Assembly: GCA_004284765.1 (NCBI GenBank)
Contig: NQJD01000048.1
Location: 1-14,142 of the forward strand
Direction of reading: 5' to 3'
DNA: 14,142 nucleotides
Source: Candidatus Electronema aureum
Lineage (GTDB): Bacteria; Desulfobacterota; Desulfobulbia; Desulfobulbales; Desulfobulbaceae
Shown here: piece by piece, positions 13,362 to 14,142 of the stretch
Layout of the letters: every line of letters begins with the position of its first letter
Numbering within the stretch: position 1 is the stretch's first letter
Made by a program: the position numbers and the translations under genes
The notes under the pieces: generated by a model
Databases searched by the model: none
Told to the model about the DNA's origin: nothing
Seen by the model: only the letters and a program-made list of their open reading frames with translations

Positions 13362-14142
13362 GGCACATTATGTGTAAACTGAATGGTATCCTTTGTGGCG
13401 TTGTTGCTCTGTCTCTGTTTGTTGGATGCGGCAGTGCCTTGGCTGAAAAAGCGCAACTTGATAACAATGCGGCATCAGAGATTGTTCTTGATGTAGTGCG
13501 GATTGAAGCCTGCGTTGATAATACAGATGAATGCTTCGTTGCGGGTGGGTCGAAGCAGATGAATTTGTTTGACTTGGCTGAAGGGAAGGTTGAGGCTGAA
13601 GGGAAGGTTGATTTTGCCAAGCAGGTGCTATTGCCGGATAACACCACGGAACTGAGGCTTGTTCTTGGGGACAAGAGCACCGTTGCTGTGAATGGCAAAT
13701 CGTTTTCGTTGACCGTACCGAGCGGACAGACTTCTGGGCTGAAGCTGAAAGGCGAGAATATTTTCCCTAAGAAAGGAGGTTTTCTTACAAGTCTTGCTTT
13801 GAATTTCGATCTTGGCAAGATGCTTGTTGAGCAGAAAAAGAATGGAACTGATGCGGCCTATTCGCTGAAACCTGTTATTCAAGTGGCTTCTGCGGATATT
13901 AAACCGATGCCGGAGAATACAGTGGGGGCAGTGGTGCTGCCGGGACAAGAAAGCGTTATAGAGCTGGGCAATGCTTTTACTTTGTCTATTCCCTCTGGTG
14001 CTGTTTCTGGGGCTACTGTACTTACAGTTGAGGAAATTAAAAACTATATTGAGGTGATTGACCCTTTAACTCAACAAATTATTATTAAGCCGGATTTAGC
14101 TTCAACATTCAAGCTGGAACCGGATGGATTTGTCTTTGCGAA
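13358..14142 (+). CDS. N-terminal part of a large lipoprotein (signal peptide with lipobox, then a DUF4382-like domain). The ORF runs off the window end and continues at 3..3149.
   Basis: The ATG at 13358 overlaps the upstream TGA (ATGA); an alternative ATG lies at 13370. The frame I translated has no stop through 14142. N-terminus: MRHIMCKLNGILCGVVALSLFVGCGSA, with hydrophobic h-region followed by the VGC lipobox. DUF4382-like motifs: LTVPSGQTSGLKLKG, LALNFDLGK, YSLKPVIQV. Frame arithmetic: 658 + 3149 = 3807 nt = 1269 codons. Confidence 0.75.
   Translation, partial: MRHIMCKLNGILCGVVALSLFVGCGSALAEKAQLDNNAASEIVLDVVRIEACVDNTDECFVAGGSKQMNLFDLAEGKVEAEGKVDFAKQVLLPDNTTELRLVLGDKSTVAVNGKSFSLTVPSGQTSGLKLKGENIFPKKGGFLTSLALNFDLGKMLVEQKKNGTDAAYSLKPVIQVASADIKPMPENTVGAVVLPGQESVIELGNAFTLSIPSGAVSGATVLTVEEIKNYIEVIDPLTQQIIIKPDLASTFKLEPDGFVFA
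13577..13612. repeat. 18-bp in-frame tandem duplication inside the DUF4382-like region.
   Basis: gctgaagggaaggttgag (13577-13594) and gctgaagggaaggttgat (13595-13612) match at 17 of 18 positions, giving AEGKVE-AEGKVD. Confidence 0.85.
14016..14142. repeat. Terminal redundancy, copy 2, identical to 1-127.
   Basis: Exact 127-nt match to the window start. A length of 127 is typical of a k-mer overlap left on circular contigs, which is inference. Confidence 0.9.

Noticed and set aside
12761-13948. Minus-strand ORFs at 12761-13282, 13300-13818 and 13628-13948.
   Set aside because: They are antisense to the NBR1-FW gene and to the lipoprotein N-terminal region, both of which have clear domain motifs. 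Their products are Ser/Phe/Leu-rich with no motifs.

Overview
The window is one complete circular replicon of 14,015 bp. Bases 1-127 are repeated exactly at 14016-14142, and one long ORF reads through that junction, so the linear ends are an assembly artefact. I read it as a small plasmid with a mosaic composition, based on hand counts of sample 60-nt lines.

Backbone (about 40-52% GC):
- a Rep_3-type initiator gene (minus strand) with three 22-bp iterons and an inverted-repeat operator over its promoter;
- an intact dinJ-yafQ toxin-antitoxin pair with a 10-bp palindromic operator;
- a decayed HigB/HigA-type (addiction-module killer/antidote) pair;
- a gene for a lipoprotein of about 1268 aa that spans the junction, with a lipobox, a DUF4382-like domain, a NAGPA-like phosphodiester glycosidase domain, three CARDB repeats and a C-terminal beta domain;
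- a gene for a 2-TM protein with two NBR1-FW-like Ig domains, translationally coupled (ATGA overlap) to the lipoprotein gene.

Two very AT-rich blocks (about 27-30% GC) look like foreign cargo:
- Block 1 (about 3660-5465) holds an orphan 457-aa ORF. Its motifs line up with the fingers/palm of family-A / T7-like single-subunit polymerases. A dense cluster of inverted repeats precedes it.
- Block 2 (about 6333-9110, minus strand) is a tightly coupled four-gene operon: a SLATT-like 2-TM protein, a DarT/DUF4433-like ADP-ribosyltransferase-fold protein, an orphan 198-aa protein carrying a perfect 30-bp in-frame duplication, and a GAF-like protein. A 2 x 23-bp tandem repeat lies upstream.

Block 2 is my best candidate for an undescribed conflict (abortive-infection or addiction) system. 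All domain calls rest on motif recognition by eye, with no searches run. I found no rRNA, tRNA, CRISPR array, transposase, integrase, relaxase or partition gene.
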